Shown one piece after another: positions 8,341 through 9,247 of a DNA stretch of 9,247 bases. The position numbers and the translations under genes are program-made. Location: assembly GCF_006345805.1 (NCBI RefSeq), contig NW_021827973.1, positions 1-9,247 of the forward strand, written 5' to 3'. Origin of the DNA: Octopus sinensis. Lineage: Eukaryota. How positions within the stretch are numbered: the stretch's first letter is position 1; the number at the start of each line of letters is the position of its first letter. The notes under the pieces were generated by a model, which saw only the letters and a list, made by a program, of their open reading frames with translations, did not search any database and was not told where the DNA came from.

Positions 8341-8729
8341 ACACCGGTCAACCGGTGATATTTGTCTCGACTTCGTATTTGTATATAATCTATATTCAGT
8401 GAAGTCTATTCACTGATAAGGAAAAGAAATACTTTTTAGAAAGCTTGCACTGTTTCAGCTGCAAAACCTCTCACCATCGTTCATAGAATAAATTCGGACG
8501 AACAAGAGCGTAAATTTGTTTAATAGGAAAAAGAAATCTTCCGACTGGCACCCCAATTCTATACGTGTATATACAAATTGCAAAGGAAACCTTGGTCAAA
8601 TGCCTACGCGTATGAATTCTTAAGTTACTTTCGCATCGGGTAACATAACAGAAAATTCCTTTATGTGTACTGATTCGATTTATCGGAAACGGTGTTACTG
8701 TATTTTAAAAGATCTTAAAATAATAATAT

Positions 8730-8823
8730 GTGTCTTCTACTACAGCCTCGGGCCGACCAAAGCCTTGTGAGTGGATTTGCTAGACGGAAACTGAAAGAAG
8801 CCCGTCGTATATATGTATATATA

Positions 8824-8864
<41 letters not shown>

Positions 8865-9097
8865 CGTGTGTGTGTTTGTGTGAGTGTGTTTGTCCCCCTA
8901 GCATTGCTTGACAACCGATACTGGTGTGTTTTATGTGCTCGTTACTTAGCCGTTCGGCGGCAAAAGAGAACGATAGAATAAGTACTGGGGCTTGCAAAAG
9001 AATAAGTCCCGGGGTCGAGTTGCTCGATTAAAGGCGGTGCTCCAGCATGGCCGCAGTCAAATGACTGAAAACAAGTAAAAGAGTAAAGAGAGTAAAG
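8730..9097 (+). mobile_element. SINE family A, 5'-truncated, with intact 3' tandem tail
   Basis: Begins GTGTCTTCTAC, has an internal (TA)/(TG) tract at about 8808-8890, and ends AAGTAAAAGAGTAAAGAGAGTAAAG. Reverse-complement match to 351-680. Confidence 0.85.
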
Positions 9098-9100
9098 GGC

Positions 9101-9222
9101 AGCTGAAGTCGATTACATCGATCCCAGTGCGTAGCTGGTTCTTATTCAATCGTCCCGAAAGGAAGAAAGGCAAAGTCGACCTCGGCAGAATTGGAAAACT
9201 CAGAACGTAGCGACGGGCAAAA
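9101..9222 (-). mobile_element. SINE family B body (Meta/MESC-like central domain), tail-to-tail with SINE A
   Basis: Minus strand GAGGTCGACTTTGCCTTTCTTCCTTTCGGGACGATTGAATAAG resembles the recalled Meta-SINE central domain and matches positions 1-30. Confidence 0.7.
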
Positions 9223-9247
9223 TACTTATTTCTTTAACTACCCACAA

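Noticed and set aside
1-9247. CRISPR array or prokaryotic system
   Set aside because: No regularly spaced repeats or operon structure; the content is eukaryotic repeat DNA.

Overview
Repeat-dense eukaryotic non-coding DNA (intron or intergenic). The repeat families look like those of octopus (coleoid cephalopod); this is from recall of the families, not a search. No intact protein-coding gene is supported: the ORF-track calls are microsatellite read-throughs or transposon debris. Contents: three tRNA-derived SINE families, called A, B and C here (one C copy is full length with a 13-bp target-site duplication); a complete 356-bp non-autonomous Helitron; a probable hAT-type MITE with a nested SINE; two decayed LINE ORF C-termini; and several microsatellites. 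The most interesting signal is hammerhead ribozyme (HHR) motifs at 6.8-8.4 kb. One is a near-canonical type I HHR on the minus strand (8284-8340) inside an unassigned hairpin-rich repeat. The other is a 129-bp palindrome (6854-6982) whose two arms each carry an HHR broken in a different way. Both suggest Penelope-like or retrozyme-like elements; activity is untested.
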